The notes under the pieces were generated by a model. That model made no database searches, was not told where the DNA came from, and worked only from the letters and a program-made list of their open reading frames with translations. This document shows positions 1 to 12,045 of a DNA stretch of 64,000 nucleotides, in pieces. The first letter of the stretch is position 1, and each line of letters opens with the position of its first letter. The stretch spans positions 12,696,744 through 12,760,743 of the forward strand of contig NC_052170.1 in assembly GCF_902713615.1 (NCBI RefSeq), given 5' to 3'. The position numbers were made by a program, and so were the translations under genes. Origin of the DNA: Scyliorhinus canicula. Lineage: Eukaryota.

Positions 1-186
1 ATTAAGGGGCAATTTAGCGTGGCCAATCCACCTAACCTGCACATCTTTGGGTTGTGGGGGCGAAACCCACGCAGACACGGGGAGAATGTGCAAACTCCAC
101 AGGGAGAGTGACCCAGAGCCGGGATTGAACCTGGGACCTCGGCAACGTGAGGCAGCAGTGCTAACCACTCCGCCACCTTGCCGCCC
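1..186 (-). mobile_element. Short A-tailed SINE (HE1 head, deleted V-domain), cut by the window edge
   Basis: Matches the + strand copies. Confidence 0.85.
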
Positions 187-289
187 TACAAGAGTCATAT
201 CTTGCTTGTTCTTGAATGCATATGGAGTAGGATTTTCTGTCCCGCCAGCTGGCGGGTGAGATTCTCCACTCCCACAGCCAGCCAATGGG

Positions 290-1145
290 GTTTAGGAGGA
301 AACTGAGTTCAGGAGGAACTTCTTCACCCAAAGGGTTGTGCATCTATGGAATTCCTTGCCCAGTGAAGCAGTTGAGGCTCCTTCATTAAATGTTTTTAAG
401 GTAAAGATAGATAGTTTTTTGAAGAATAAAGGGATTAAGGGTGTTCGGGCGGGAAAGTGGAGCTGAGTCCACAAAAGATCAGCCATGATCTCGTTGAATG
501 GCGGAGCAGGCTCGAAGGGCCAGATGGCCTACTCCTGCTCCTAGTTCTTATTGTTGGCCACCCCACACCATTGGGAAATCCATGGGTGTGGATGCGCTGC
601 CGGTGGGGCGGAGAATCCCGATGATGGAGAATTCCGTAGATGATATTTTGCCGTCAACTGCTTTCAGTGGTAGCGAATTCCACAGGCTCACCACTCTCTG
701 GGTGAAGAAATTTCTCCTCATCTCTCTCCTAAATGGTTTGCCCCATATCCTGAGACTGTGACCTGATTCTGGACTCCCCTGCCATCGGGAACATCCTTCC
801 TGCATCAACCCTGTCTACTGTTAAAGTGTTATAGATTTTTATGAGAACCCCCTCATTCTTTTAAACTCCATAAAATACAATCCTAACCAATTCAACCTCT
901 CCTCATACGTCAGTCCCGCCATCTCAGAAATCTGTTGGTAAACCTTCGCTGCACTCCCTCTAGAGCAAGAACATACTTCCTCGGATAAGGAGACCAAAAC
1001 TTATTAATCAAGAACCTTTCTATCTCTGTCTTAAAGACACTCAGTGATTTGGCCTGCACAGCCTTCTGCGGCAAAGAGTTCCACAGATTCATCACCCTCT
1101 GGCTGAAGGAATTCCTCCTCATCTCTGTTTTAAAGGATTATCCTT
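290..1145. mobile_element. Cluster of CR1 (HER1-like) LINE 3' fragments in both orientations
   Basis: RRNFF(T/S)QRVV.LWNSLP motif on + (290-550) and - (655-1145). Confidence 0.85.
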
Positions 1146-1370
1146 TCAGTCTGAGGCTGTGCTCTCGGGTTCTAGTTTTATATTTGTATAGTTTTTGCTA
1201 CAAGTGGAAACATCCTCTCCATGTCCAATCTAAATAAATTGCGTTCACTGGTTCTCCTTTGTCTAACCTCCTTGTTACCTCCTTAAAGAACTCTAACAGA
1301 TTTATCAGACACGACCTCCCTTTGACAAAGCCTTGCTGACTCAGTCCTATTTTACCATGCACTTCCAAGT

Positions 1371-1708
1371 GGGCAGCATGGTAGCATGGTGGTTAGCATA
1401 AATGCTTCGCAGCTCCAGGGTCCCAGGTTCGATTCCCGGCTGGGTCACTGTCTGTGCGGAGTCTGCACGTCCTCCCCGTGTGTGCGTGGGTTTCCTCCGG
1501 GTGCTCCGGTTTCCTCCCACAGTCCAAAGATGTGCGGGTTAGGTGGATTGGCTATGCTAAATTGCCCGTAGTGTCCTAAAAAGTAAGGTTAAGGGGGTGG
1601 GGATTGTTGGGTTACGGGTATAGGGTGAATACGTGGGTTTGAGTAGGGTGATCATGGCTCGGCACAACATCGAGGGCCGAAGGGCCTGTTCTGTGCTGTA
1701 CTGTTCTA
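1371..1708 (+). mobile_element. HE1-like V-SINE, long form with CR1-derived tail
   Basis: tRNA-like head (TGGTTAGC A box, GTTCGATTC B box), V-domain GGTTTCCTCCGGGTGCTCCGGTTTCCTCCCAC, tail ending CTGTTCT; only ~4-bp TSD (AAGT). Confidence 0.9.
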
Positions 1709-2309
1709 AGTACTCCGCGATCTCATCTTTAATAATGGCCTCGAAAATCTTACCAATGACCGAAGTCAGGCTAACCGGCCTATAATTTCCTGCCTTCTGC
1801 CTCCCTCCCTTCTTAAACAGTGGTGTTACATTAGCCACTTGCCAGTCCTCTGGGACCCTTCCAGACTCCAGTGATTCCTGAAAGATCACCGTCAATGAAT
1901 GCCTCCACAATTTCCTCAGCTATCTCCTTTAGATCCCTGGGGTGTAGTCCATCCGGTCCAGGTGATTTATCCACCTTCAGAACTTTCAGTTTCCCCAGAA
2001 CACTCTCTTTAGTGTTGGCCATGACACTCACCCCTGTCCCCCTGATTCTCCTGGAGCTCTGGCATCCCACTGCTGTCTTCCACCATGAAGACTGATGCAA
2101 AGTAACTGTTCAGTTCCTCTGCCATTTCTTTGTTTCCTATACTACTTCTCAAGCCTCATTTTCCAGTGGTCCAATGTCTACTCTTGCCTCCCTCTTACCC
2201 TTTTCTATTGAAAAAAGCTCTTGCTATCTTCGTTTATCCTTCTGAAAGTCCCCAAAAAAACCATATCAACTGGCTCTCCTTCATGAACCCTACTGGTTAC
2301 ATCCTCAAA

Positions 2310-2665
2310 GAACATAGAACATAGAACATAGAACAGTACAGCACAGAACAGGCCCTTCGGCCCTCAATGTTGTGCCGAACAATGATCACCCCACTTAAAC
2401 CCACATAACCCCACATAACCCGTATACCCGTAACCCAACAATCCCCCCATTAACCTTACACTACGGGCAATTTAGCATGGCCAATCCACCTAACCCGCAC
2501 ATCTTTTGACTGTGGGAGGAAACCGGAGCACCCGGAGGAAACCCACGCGCACACGGGGAGGACGTGCAGACTCCACACAGACAGTGACCCAGCCGGGAAT
2601 CGAACCTGGGAACCTGGAGCTGTGAAGCATTGATGCTAACCACCATGCTACCGTGAGGCCCCAAA
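2310..2665 (-). mobile_element. HE1-like V-SINE, long form
   Basis: (AGAACAT)n tail on +, full body. Confidence 0.9.
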
Positions 2666-3983
2666 GAATTCCAGTAGGTTTGTCAAGCATGATTTCCCCC
2701 TTCATAAATCCATGTTAACTCTGCCCGATCCTGCCACTGTTTTCCAAGTGCTCGGGTACTAATTATTTTGCAATGTCCCTGTTGCCGATGTCATGTTGAC
2801 TGGCCCATAATTCCCTGTTTTCACTCTGCCCCCCATGAAGCAAAATGGCCAAGGATGGAGACTGAAAACTCAAAACCGCCACAACGAACTTGTGCAGTGT
2901 CAATGACTAATTTGCTGATGTCCCAGCACATCCTCATTTGTTTTATTTCAAAATCATTGAAAGCCAGTTGACAGGTACGAAAACAAACAATCAAACCAGT
3001 AATGGAATGTGGGCCTTTAATGAAATGAAAGTCGCTTATTGTCACAAGTAGGCTTCAAATGAAGTTACTGTGAAAAGCCCCTAGTCGCCACATTCCGGTG
3101 CCTGTTCGGGGAGGCTGTTACGGGAATTGAACCGTGCTGCTGGTCTGCTTTCAAAGCCAGCTATTTAGCCCTGTGCTAAACCAGCCCCTTTATCTCGAGG
3201 GAGCTGGTTTACAAAGCATGGGAGGCATGTGCTTCAATTGCATCGAGTGTCACTCAGACCCCATCAGATTCACTGGAACGTTACAAGGGATCAGGGATCA
3301 ATTTAGGAGGGCATAAACATAGCTTACGTTTGCTGGATTGAAGGTTGATTTGATCAAGGAAGGTGACACAGTGGACAGTGGTTAGCACTACTGCTTCACA
3401 GCACCTGGGACCTGGGTTCGATTCCAGCCTTGGTGACTCAGACAGTGACTGTCTGTGCGGAATCTGCACTTTCTCCCTGTGTCTCCCTGGGTTTCCTCCC
3501 AGTGCTCCAGTTTTCTCCCACAGTCCAAAGATATATAGTTTAGGTAGATTCTTCATGGTAAATTGCCCCTTAATGCCCAAAGATGTGCAGGTTAGATGCT
3601 TTTTTAAAAATATATATTTTATTCCAAACGTAAGCAATAACAACACATTCCAACAAAACAGAGTTAACAGTTTGTACATTTTTTCCCTTTGAATCCGCTC
3701 CCCCCCATGATGAACAGCTCCTCAAATATTGTCAAGAACGGCCTCCATCGTACCTCAAAGTCCTCTTCCAACCCCCTCAAGGCAAACGTAACCTTTTCCA
3801 ACTGGAGAAACCCATACAGGTCTCCCAGCAAAGCGGCGTATCCAACCTCCAGTTCAAAAGAATCCATCGCTGGACGATCAGAGAGGCAAAGCCGCAATAT
3901 CTGTATCTCCGGCACCTCCTACTACCCAAAGATTGGCACCATGGGGTCCAGCTTCACCTCAGCTCCCACTATCCTCAATAAGG

Positions 3984-4274
3984 TGATGCGACCATCAATT
4001 CACTCGAAGACTCGAGTCGAAGTAAACAGTGGTTTTAATCAGCTTACAACTTTGCCTGCCTGCGACCAGTACAATACTGAAGGCGGTCCCGCAGGTCAGC
4101 TGCTCTTATACTTCCTCTAAAGGGCGGAGCCATGGGCGGAGCCCGTACATGCTCCACATCACCCCTGTGGGTGAAGCCACACAGTGGCCCATAGATGGAG
4201 CCCACAGGGTTAATAGCATGGTATAACGCAACACAGTATACTGGTGAATTAATAGTACTTATACATTCACCACG
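3984..4274 (-). mobile_element. Solo LTR inserted in an L1 fragment
   Basis: 5-bp TSD TAAGG (3979-3983 / 4275-4279); minus-strand ends (C/T)GTGGTG...CATCA. Confidence 0.75.
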
Positions 4275-4779
4275 TAAGGTTCCAAACACCGCCTCCCCGA
4301 ACCTTTCCAACTTCCTGCAACCCCAAAACATGTGAACATGATTCACCGACCGCCCGCCCGCCCACACGTCTCACAGCCATCCGTCACCCCAGGGAAGAAC
4401 CCCTCATCCGACCCTGAGTCGTGTGTACCCTGTGCACCACTTTAAACTGAATCAAGCTCGTCCCAGCACAGGAGGAAGTTGAGGTCACTCGCCGCATCAC
4501 CTCACACCAGAGCCCCATCCTATCCCCCTCTCCAACTCCCCATCCTACTTCCGCTTAATCCTTTCCACCAGTGCCAGACCCTGCCCCCCCCCCCCCTCCC
4601 CAACCATCCGTATGTGTCCCCGATCCTGCCCTCCCCCCACCTCATCTGGGAGCAGCAGCCTCTCCAGCAGTGTGCGCTCCGGTAGTTGGGGGAACGTCAG
4701 TCGCCCCTTACGCGCAAAGTCCCAGCGGCAATGGGGCCATCACCAGAGCCCTCAAACTCAAGCCCCTACAGGACACCTC

Positions 4780-5177
4780 TGTCATAATATACACACAAGA
4801 TGGTGCATAGACAGACACTGACTGACACATTGAATGACCAATCAACACACAGAACACAGCAGCCAATCACCAGACAGGACACGGCCACTATAAAGCCAGA
4901 GGGCACTAGTTTTCCCGCTCTCTCGGGATGCAGCCTCTGAGACAGCCAGAGCCCGTGATCAGCAACACGAACATCTACCATGGGCCGGCAGGATAGTCTG
5001 GTCAGGCTAGCCTCAGGTCTCCAGTCAACTCAACATAGTGTCAACCCACAGTGCAAGCATGTTTAACAGCTCATAGTTCAATAAAATAGAGTTGTACTTC
5101 TACAAGTGTTGGTAGCCTGTCTCTCTCACTGCTCTGGTAAACGCAGTCCTCACAGACCCAGCATACCCAACATATCA
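4780..5177 (+). mobile_element. Solo LTR inserted in an L1 fragment
   Basis: TG...CA termini, 5-bp TSD ACCTC (4775-4779 / 5178-5182), CCAAT at 4838 and 4863, TATAAA at 4889, AATAAA at 5080. Confidence 0.85.
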
Positions 5178-5434
5178 ACCTCCTCCAATCTGACCCATTC
5201 CCCCCCCCCCCCCCCCCCCCCCTCCAACCCGCCAACATGCCTCACCTCCACATTCGCTGCCCAATAGTAGTGCATCAGATTCAGGAACGCCAACCCCCCT
5301 CCTCCCTGCCTCTGCCTTTGTAGCCTCCTCAACCTCGGAACCCTCCTATCCACAATATTCCAAATAAGCTCTGGTAGAAAGGGAAACACTGCGGAGAGAG
5401 TTGTCATCGGTTTAACTGCAAGTGTACTGTGTTC

Positions 5435-5486
5435 ATGGGTGTGTTTTGTGGCTGGCTCTGTTTATTGTCCTCTTGATTACAGTTCG
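5435..5486 (+). other. Possible (disrupted) leader exon of the IgSF receptor
   Basis: ATG to donor CG|GTATGT is 52 nt (phase 1, matching the V exon) but has an in-frame TGA at 5474. An overlapping frame reads VLWLALFIVLLITVR. 15 kb from the V exon; unconfirmed. Confidence 0.2.
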
Positions 5487-5809
5487 GTATGTCAGAGTCC
5501 TGGCTCGGCTCACGTGTTCATTATCCACTTTCACAGATCCTGTTTCACTATCTCAATGATCTCATAGGCTCTCACCAGCAAACCCTGATTTGTTAGTTCT
5601 CAAAAGGATTAGATGGTCAATGACGACTCGAGCGCCCTCTGCAGGCCTACAGAAGCAGTAACTTGTCTCCTTGCCTTTCGCAGTCAAAATATAAATATTA
5701 ACAGCTTCATTTCTCTAAGGACCCTTTTGTATGTAATCTATCATCCCGCAAAGGGTCAAAGCCTTCAGGAGCGGAGGAGGGGGTGAGGAGAATTAAATCC
5801 CCCTTTAGT

Positions 5810-6040
5810 TTTTCTTTTTTATTTCTTTTTATAATAAATTTAGATTACCCAATTCATTTTTTCCAATTAAGGGGCAATTTAGCGTGGCCAATCCACCTAC
5901 CCTGCAAATCTTTGGGTTGTGGGGGCGAAACCCACGCAAACACGGGGAGAATGTGCAAACTCCACACGGACAGTGACCCAGAGCCGGGATCGAACCTGGG
6001 ACCTCAGCGCCGTGAGGCAGCAATGCTAATCCACTGCTGT
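5810..6040 (-). mobile_element. Short A-tailed SINE
   Basis: T-rich tail on +, same body. Confidence 0.85.
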
Positions 6041-6645
6041 TAAAGAAGGTTAGTGAACTTTGATATGGTTTACTTTATTGTGCTGTTCCTGCTGGAGTGG
6101 TTAAAACTGCATCTGAGTGGCAGTCGAACAGCACACAAGAACTGAATTAGTATGTCCATGTCCGCTGCCTTGGATTAGTAATGGTCGCTGGGGAGGGAGA
6201 AAGGTATCCAACATCACCCTCATCCTGACGGCCATCTTTGTGTGTGTCTGCATCAAGCTGTGTATAGATCCCCGGACACACCCACACCAAGTGTCACTAT
6301 GCGCTGAGGTTATACCACTCCCCAGTGTTGTGAAGGATGGGTCTGGCCACAAGGCCGCACAGCGCTCCAAGTAGTTGGACCATGCCGTACCGCCTGTCCC
6401 TCGTGGAAACACTAATGCAGAGAAACACCTTCAGCCACAAGTCCATCAGTCAGTGGTCTGCCCGTAACGTCCCAGAGGCCCTTTGGGAAAAGGAGATGGT
6501 GGATCCTGTCGGATGGTTCCCTGAGCAGACTGTCAAGGCCATTTGGCAGAACGCCTCATCACCAGAACTTTCAAACAAGCACCGAGACCGAGCTTGGCTG
6601 GTGGTGAGAAAGGCCCTACCCTGTCAAATCCTTCATATACACCAG

Positions 6646-7254
6646 GGGCGGGATTCTCCGACACCCCCGCCGGGTTGGAGAATCGCCGGGGGGGCGCCGT
6701 GAATCCCGTCCCTGCTGGCTGCCGAATTCTCCGCCGCCGGGGATTTGGCGGGGGCGGGAATCACGCCGCGCCGGTCGGTGGCCACTGGCAGCGGCCTCCC
6801 CCTGGCGATTCTCCGGCCCGCGATGGGCCGGGTGGCCGCCCCTTTACGGCCAGTCCTGCCAGCGTAAATTAGAGTAGGTACTTACTGGGGGGACCTGGCT
6901 CCGCAGGCAGCCTCCGGGTCCTCGGGGGGGGGGGGAGCGCAGGGCGATCTGGCCCCGGGGGATGCCCCCACGGTGGCCTGGCCCGCGATCGGGTCCCACC
7001 GATCCGCGGGCGGGCCTGAGCCGTGGGGGCACTCAATTCTTTTGCGTCGGCTGCTGTCAGCCTTCACGATGGCCGACGCAGAGATGAACCCCCCTGTGCA
7101 TGCGCTGGGATGACGTCAGCACACACTGGCGCCGGCCTAGCTCCTGAAGGTGCGGAGGATTCCGCACCTTCGGGGTGGCCCGACGCCGGAGATGTTCACG
7201 CCACTCCTCAGCGCCGGTGTTGCCCGCCTTGCCGGTTCACGGAGAATCCCGCCC
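6646..7254 (+). mobile_element. GC-rich PIF/Harbinger-like MITE, copy 1
   Basis: TIR GGGCGGGATTCTCC / GGAGAATCCCGCCC; 3-bp flanks CAG/CTG; repeated internal GGAGAAT/ATTCTCC motifs. Confidence 0.75.
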
Positions 7255-7269
7255 CTGGAGTCTCACCCC

Positions 7270-7555
7270 TGATGGGCCATCAATTGCACGTGAGACGAGT
7301 TGCTGTACAAAAGTTAGGCTTTAATAAGCTAGAACTTAGCCCTGCGGTCGACTATAATAAATGGACGACCGCCAGGCGTTCTGACTATTTATACCCCGCC
7401 CTGGAGGCGGGGTTAACTAAGCCTCTCGACCAATCGGAGAGCCGTTACATGACTGGTCTCAACCAATCGGTTGAGAGGCACATGACCGACCAGGGCCAAT
7501 GGTAAGCCGGTGTTCTGCACCAATGGCAGACAGCTATGCAAATCATACCACCACA
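7270..7555 (-). mobile_element. Solo LTR inserted in a Tx1-like LINE
   Basis: TG...CA termini, 5-bp TSD ACCCC (7265-7269 / 7556-7560); ends resemble the LTR at 3984-4274. Confidence 0.85.
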
Positions 7556-8602
7556 ACCCCATTAACACGTTCCCCTCGAGGTGACTGTGATGGGGAAGAG
7601 ACCGTTGTCCATCCCCTTGTGGGACGTCCCTTTGCAAAGAAGGTCTGGAGAGAGATGAGGTGGTTTATGTCGAGGTTCATCCCAAGCAGTTCTGTGACGC
7701 AGGACTCTGCTCTACGGGCTGTTCCCAGGGACGCACACCAAGACAAATATTGGCTGTTGCTGGAGGATCATCAACTCGGTGAAAGACGCTCTTTTGTCTG
7801 CCCAAAACCTGTTGATCTTCCAGCGCAAAGAGTTGTCCATGACCGAGTGTTGCAGACTGGCACATTCCGAGGTCCACGATTACGTGCTGAGGGAACTCAA
7901 ACCTGCCGCCAAAGTGCAATCGGGAAAGGCCACTGTGCAAGGCCTTTCAGCCAATGCACACCGAGGGGCCAGTAACCGTGTAAAACCCCTCAAACTGTGT
8001 GCTTAATCCTAACCCGTATGTAACTGTATTGAAGCACTGCAGAGTGCAACATGATGTTTTGGACAGAATTGTGCTCTCTGTAATTAAAATATAGAAATGT
8101 TTCTAATGTTATCATCACTGCGTTGAAGCATCTCAGAGTACATCTTGATCTCTGTGGAAAATGTGAATTTCGTTGCACTTCCCGGTTATGACAAATTGAA
8201 ACGTTTTGCAATGTTTCTTTCAGATATTTCATGAATAAAGTATATTATTGCAAAAACATCCCGACAGCTCTGAAACACAACCTGCGATAGAACGTGACTT
8301 TTCTTCAGTCAGTATGATCCACTCTGATGCCTCGTTACAATTGCAATATTCCTGATGTTTACAACGTACACACTTGACAGCAGGGCCGAGAGATAGCGAT
8401 TCTCGTAAATAAAAGGGTCCGGTTTTGTTCAGGGGTGATGGTAGACACGGGCAAGCTGTATGTTATAGTCACGGGGATATTAGAAGGGAAAACGGTGTTG
8501 TTGGTGAACGTACATGCCCCGAATTGGGACGATGCAATGTTCATGAAGCAGTTTCCCAAGGAGTTACCCAAGGTGGGGGAGGAGTTATAGGAGGAACTAC
8601 AC

Positions 8603-9012
8603 CAGGGGTGGGCAGACTTTTCCGTGCAAGGGCCACATTCAGAAATTCACAATTTTAAAGGGCCGCATAGTATATTGAGTAAAAGAATTAATATTTAAAA
8701 TAGCCAAAATAAAAGGTTTTTAAAGAAAAAAAGCAATTAATTTTTATTAATTAATATTTTAAAGTAGAAACTTCACATGAAACACATGTTGTGCCGAGCA
8801 ATGATCACCCTACTCAAGTCAATGTATCCACCCTATACCAGTAACCCAACAGCCCCCCCCCCCTCCATTAACCTTAAAATTTAAAAAATAAAAATAAAAA
8901 TAAAAAAAAATAAAAAATTTTTTTTTTTTTTTAATTACTTGATCTTGGTGGGCCGCATAAAGACCTTTGGCGGGCCGCATGCGGCCCGTGGGCCATAGTT
9001 TGCCCACCCCTG
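8603..9012. mobile_element. hAT (Charlie-like) non-autonomous MITE
   Basis: TIRs CAGGGGTGGGCA / TGCCCACCCCTG; 8-bp TSD AACTACAC / AACTAGAC (7 of 8); contains a SINE tail fragment. Confidence 0.85.
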
Positions 9013-9334
9013 AACTAGACACTCCCTTGGAGTTGGCACCGGAACCTGAGTATTGTCGGGGATGTTGAGGGACTCCTTGGAGAGAGATGGTCTACCACAG
9101 TCGCTGGGCAAGCATCGATTTCCCTGCTCCTCAAGAAGGACAAAGACCCCGCAGAGTGCGGGTTATATCGTCCGATCTCCCTGTTAAATGTGGATGCGAA
9201 GCTTCGAGCTAAGTTGTTGGCGTTATGACTGGAGCCTTGTCCCCCCCGGCTTGTGGTGGGGAAAGACCAAATAGGGTTTGTAAAGGGACGGGTGTTGACA
9301 GCAGACATGAGACAGCTGTTGAACTTGGTGCTTA

Positions 9335-9720
9335 TAGAACCATAGAATCTTAGAATTTACACTGCATTCGGCCCATCGAATCTGCACTGGCCCTTGTAAA
9401 GAGCACCCTACCTAAGCCCACACCTCCACCCTATCCCCACACCTCCACCCTATCTCCACACCTCCACCCTATCCCCACACCTCCACCCTATCCCTGTCAC
9501 CCCACCTAACCTTTTTTGAACACTAAAAGCAATTTAGCTTTACCAATCCACCTCGCCTGCACAGCTTTGGACTTGTGGGAGGAAACCGGAACACCCGGAG
9601 GGAACCCACGCAGACACGGGGAGAATGGACAGACTCCGCGCAGACACTGACCCAGCCGGGAATTGAACCTGAGACCCTGGAGCTGTGAAGCAACTGTGCT
9701 AACCACTGTGCTACCGTGCT
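9335..9720 (-). mobile_element. HE1-like V-SINE, long form (alternative CR1 tail)
   Basis: Same head and V-domain; tail CATTCGGCCCATCGA. Confidence 0.8.
9417..9494 (+). repeat. 19-bp tandem repeat x4 (CACACCTCCACCCTATCCC) inside a SINE tail
   Basis: Directly visible local expansion of a SINE segment. Confidence 0.85.
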
Positions 9721-11039
9721 GGGGGAGGACCGGGTTCCGCAGATCACAATTCTCTTGATGCAGTGAGGGTGGACGCGACCTGGTCCTGTGCGAGGCTCAG
9801 TCTCATTCGGCTAAAAGTATGTGTTTCGAGCACAGCTCACGAAGGCTAGAATGAGCCATTTTTTTGATAGGGTGGATGATCGATGTGATCGGTGTTCGAG
9901 GGGGGCACATGTTCCTGTCGTACACATAGCTGGCGGACTTCTGGAGGTCCATTTTGGATACTGGGCAATAGCTTGGAGCCTTGCCCCCGGGTGGGGATTT
10001 GGGGGGTTACGGATGTGTCGGAACTCCGGAAGGGGGCAGACGTCCTGGCCTTTGCTGGTTGTCTAGGTTACCGACGGTATGAAGGTTGACACTTGAGTGA
10101 CTTAGTGAAGGTAAACTAAAATATTCAGAAAGGCTCTTTCATGAGGAAAATACATTGGGGAAGAATACGTAAAGATAGATGGTAAAATTAGCTCGAGCAA
10201 TTTGTAAATGGAGCAGTTTGAGATGAAATGAAATGAAAATCGCTGATTGTCACAAGTAGGCTTCAAATGAAGTTACTGTGAAAAGCCCCTAGTCACCACA
10301 TTCGGGGAGGCTGGTACGGGAATCGAACCGTGCTGCTGGCCTGCCTTGGTCTGCTTTCAAAGCCAGCGATTTAGCCCAGTGGGCTAAACCAGCCCCTGAG
10401 ATGCTGAAACATGCAACCCAATCGAATTCAGCCATGTCTGCTCTCTATTTTCTTTCACATTTTAAGAAATTACATTTGATTGGAACCAGTCCTCGTTGGG
10501 TGAGTTCTGAGCTCCATTTAAGGCCTAAAATTGCCCTGAAATGTCCTGGCTCAAGGACACCTGGGATGAGTGTATCCAATAGGACTGTGACTCTTGTCCA
10601 GAGCAGCAGTAAGTCAAATAAAGTAAGAAGGCCCCAGATCTGATTGGAGGTCTGTCTGTTGGCCATGCTCCTGAGAGAAGCCCTTTAACATGTGCTCCAG
10701 CGAGGGAAGTGATAGGGTGGAATAGGAAAGAGGAATCAGCTGAAGTTCCACCTGTAACTCCATGGTGGCTTCTGTTGGAATGTGTAATGAGAGTCAAGTC
10801 CCAGGTGGCCATAAGCTGCTTTTCCCCTAGAGCTGACTGGTGGTGATTTAACCTGAGGGTCACCACACCTCAGGCTAGGGGTGAGATTGAGAGAGCGGGG
10901 CCTTCATGAATAACCTCAGCCTGTACGGGAATTGAACCCGCGCTGTTGGCCTCGCTCTGCGTCGCGAACCAGCCGTCCAGTCGACTGAGCTAAACCAGTT
11001 CCCAAAAGGAGAAAGGACACAGGCCCAACTGCAGACATT

Positions 11040-11480
11040 ACAGAGGGATTTCCCGACTCTGCCACAGGAACGGTCATGATGAGAATCCTCCTCAACTTCC
11101 TCCTCTTAACGGCTGAAGAGCTCCTTCCTGAGCCTCAGTGCAGCTTCCGCCTATCAAGAGGCTCAATGGTAGGGCAGCACGGTGGCCTAGTGGTTAGCAC
11201 AACCGCCTCACGGCGCTGAGGTCCCAGGTTCGATCCCGGCTCTGGGTCACTGTCCGCGTGGAGTTTGCCCATTCTCCCCGTGTCTGCGTGGGTTCCGCCC
11301 CCACAACCCAAAAATGTGCAGAGTAGGTGGATTGGCCATGCTAAATTGCCCCTTAATTGGAAAAAATAATTGGGTAATCTAAATTTATAAAAAAAAAAAG
11401 AGGCTCAATGGACATGATCTTTAGCACGTGACAAATCCAGGAAACGCACAAGGAGCAGCATGGACCTCCAGGATCCAGCT
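11040..11480 (+). mobile_element. RTE-like LINE RT fragment split by a SINE
   Basis: AEELLPEPQCSFR.SRGSMDMIF...QE..KEQ remnant continues across the SINE and its TSD. Confidence 0.6.
11170..11397 (+). mobile_element. Short A-tailed SINE with 14-bp TSD
   Basis: TSD AAGAGGCTCAATGG (11156-11169 / 11398-11411). Confidence 0.93.
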
Positions 11481-11539
11481 CCCTCGAGATAAAGGGGCTG
11501 GTTTAGCACAGGGCTAAATCGCTGGCTTTGAAAGCAGAC

Positions 11540-12045
11540 TCATCTCTTAGGACATCCTCGGGTACCAACACCCCCCCCCCCTCCCTCACCCTACCTCTTA
11601 AAGGCAGCGCACGCAGGGCCTGATCCCTGGCATGGACAACCTGGCACCTTCGCACTGCCAGCTTGGCACCCCTGCAGTACCAACCGGGCACCCTAACAGT
11701 GCCAGGGTTCCAGGCTAGCAGTGCCAAGGTGCCTAAGGGCCATGGGAATGCCTAGGTGCCAGCCTACCCACAAACTGACCACCCGGGGGCCTCTGATGGC
11801 CCGGGAGACACCCCCACCCCCGCTGCCCCCACCCCACAAGGTGCCCTGGTCCACATTTGTCTGGACCAGTGCTAAACGGCGCCATGTAAAGGTCTCTACT
11901 CGTCGGGCGAGATCCAGATCGCAACGTCTCGTGAGATCTCGTTAGAACTCGCATGGCGTTCTGAACGTCGCTAATCTCGCAAGAGGCCTCTCGCAACATT
12001 TAACAGCCTTGTCACGTCACCGAGTCGAGGCCGTTTGATATCGTG
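11540..12045. mobile_element. Probable non-autonomous DNA transposon remnant
   Basis: GC-rich with repeated TCTCGCGAGA-like palindromic motifs and GGCACC/GGTGCC repeats; no TSD identified. Confidence 0.35.

Larger units (their letters stand above)
1195..2830 (-). mobile_element. CR1 LINE ORF2 fragment (pre-RT and RT start) with two SINE insertions
   Basis: KSPGPDGLHPR.LKE, VPEDWQVANVTPLFKKG.RQKAGNYRPVSLTSV. Confidence 0.88.
3600..5405 (-). mobile_element. L1-clade LINE 3' fragment (interrupted by two solo LTRs)
   Basis: HMFWGCRKL, EKVTFALRG, WRPFL, GGLAFLNL..YYWAA motifs; AATAAA end at ~3620 on the minus strand. Confidence 0.75.
6100..8255 (+). mobile_element. Tx1-clade LINE 3' fragment, interrupted by a MITE and a solo LTR
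   Basis: ORF2 C-terminal remnants SSPELSNKH..AWLVVRKALP, C...EETVVH...FAKKVW, KDALLSAQNLLIFQRKELS; 3' AATAAA at ~8234. Confidence 0.75.
8370..10085 (+). mobile_element. L1-clade LINE fragments (endonuclease, RT start, C-terminus)
   Basis: GILEGKTVLLVNVHAPNWDD (APE endonuclease); ISLLLKKDKDP.EC..YRPISLLNVDAK..DQIGFVKGR (RT); interrupted by a hAT MITE and a SINE. Confidence 0.75.

Noticed and set aside
1371-1445. tRNA genes
   Set aside because: The A/B-box sequences are SINE heads that run into V-domain bodies; none forms a full cloverleaf with a terminator.
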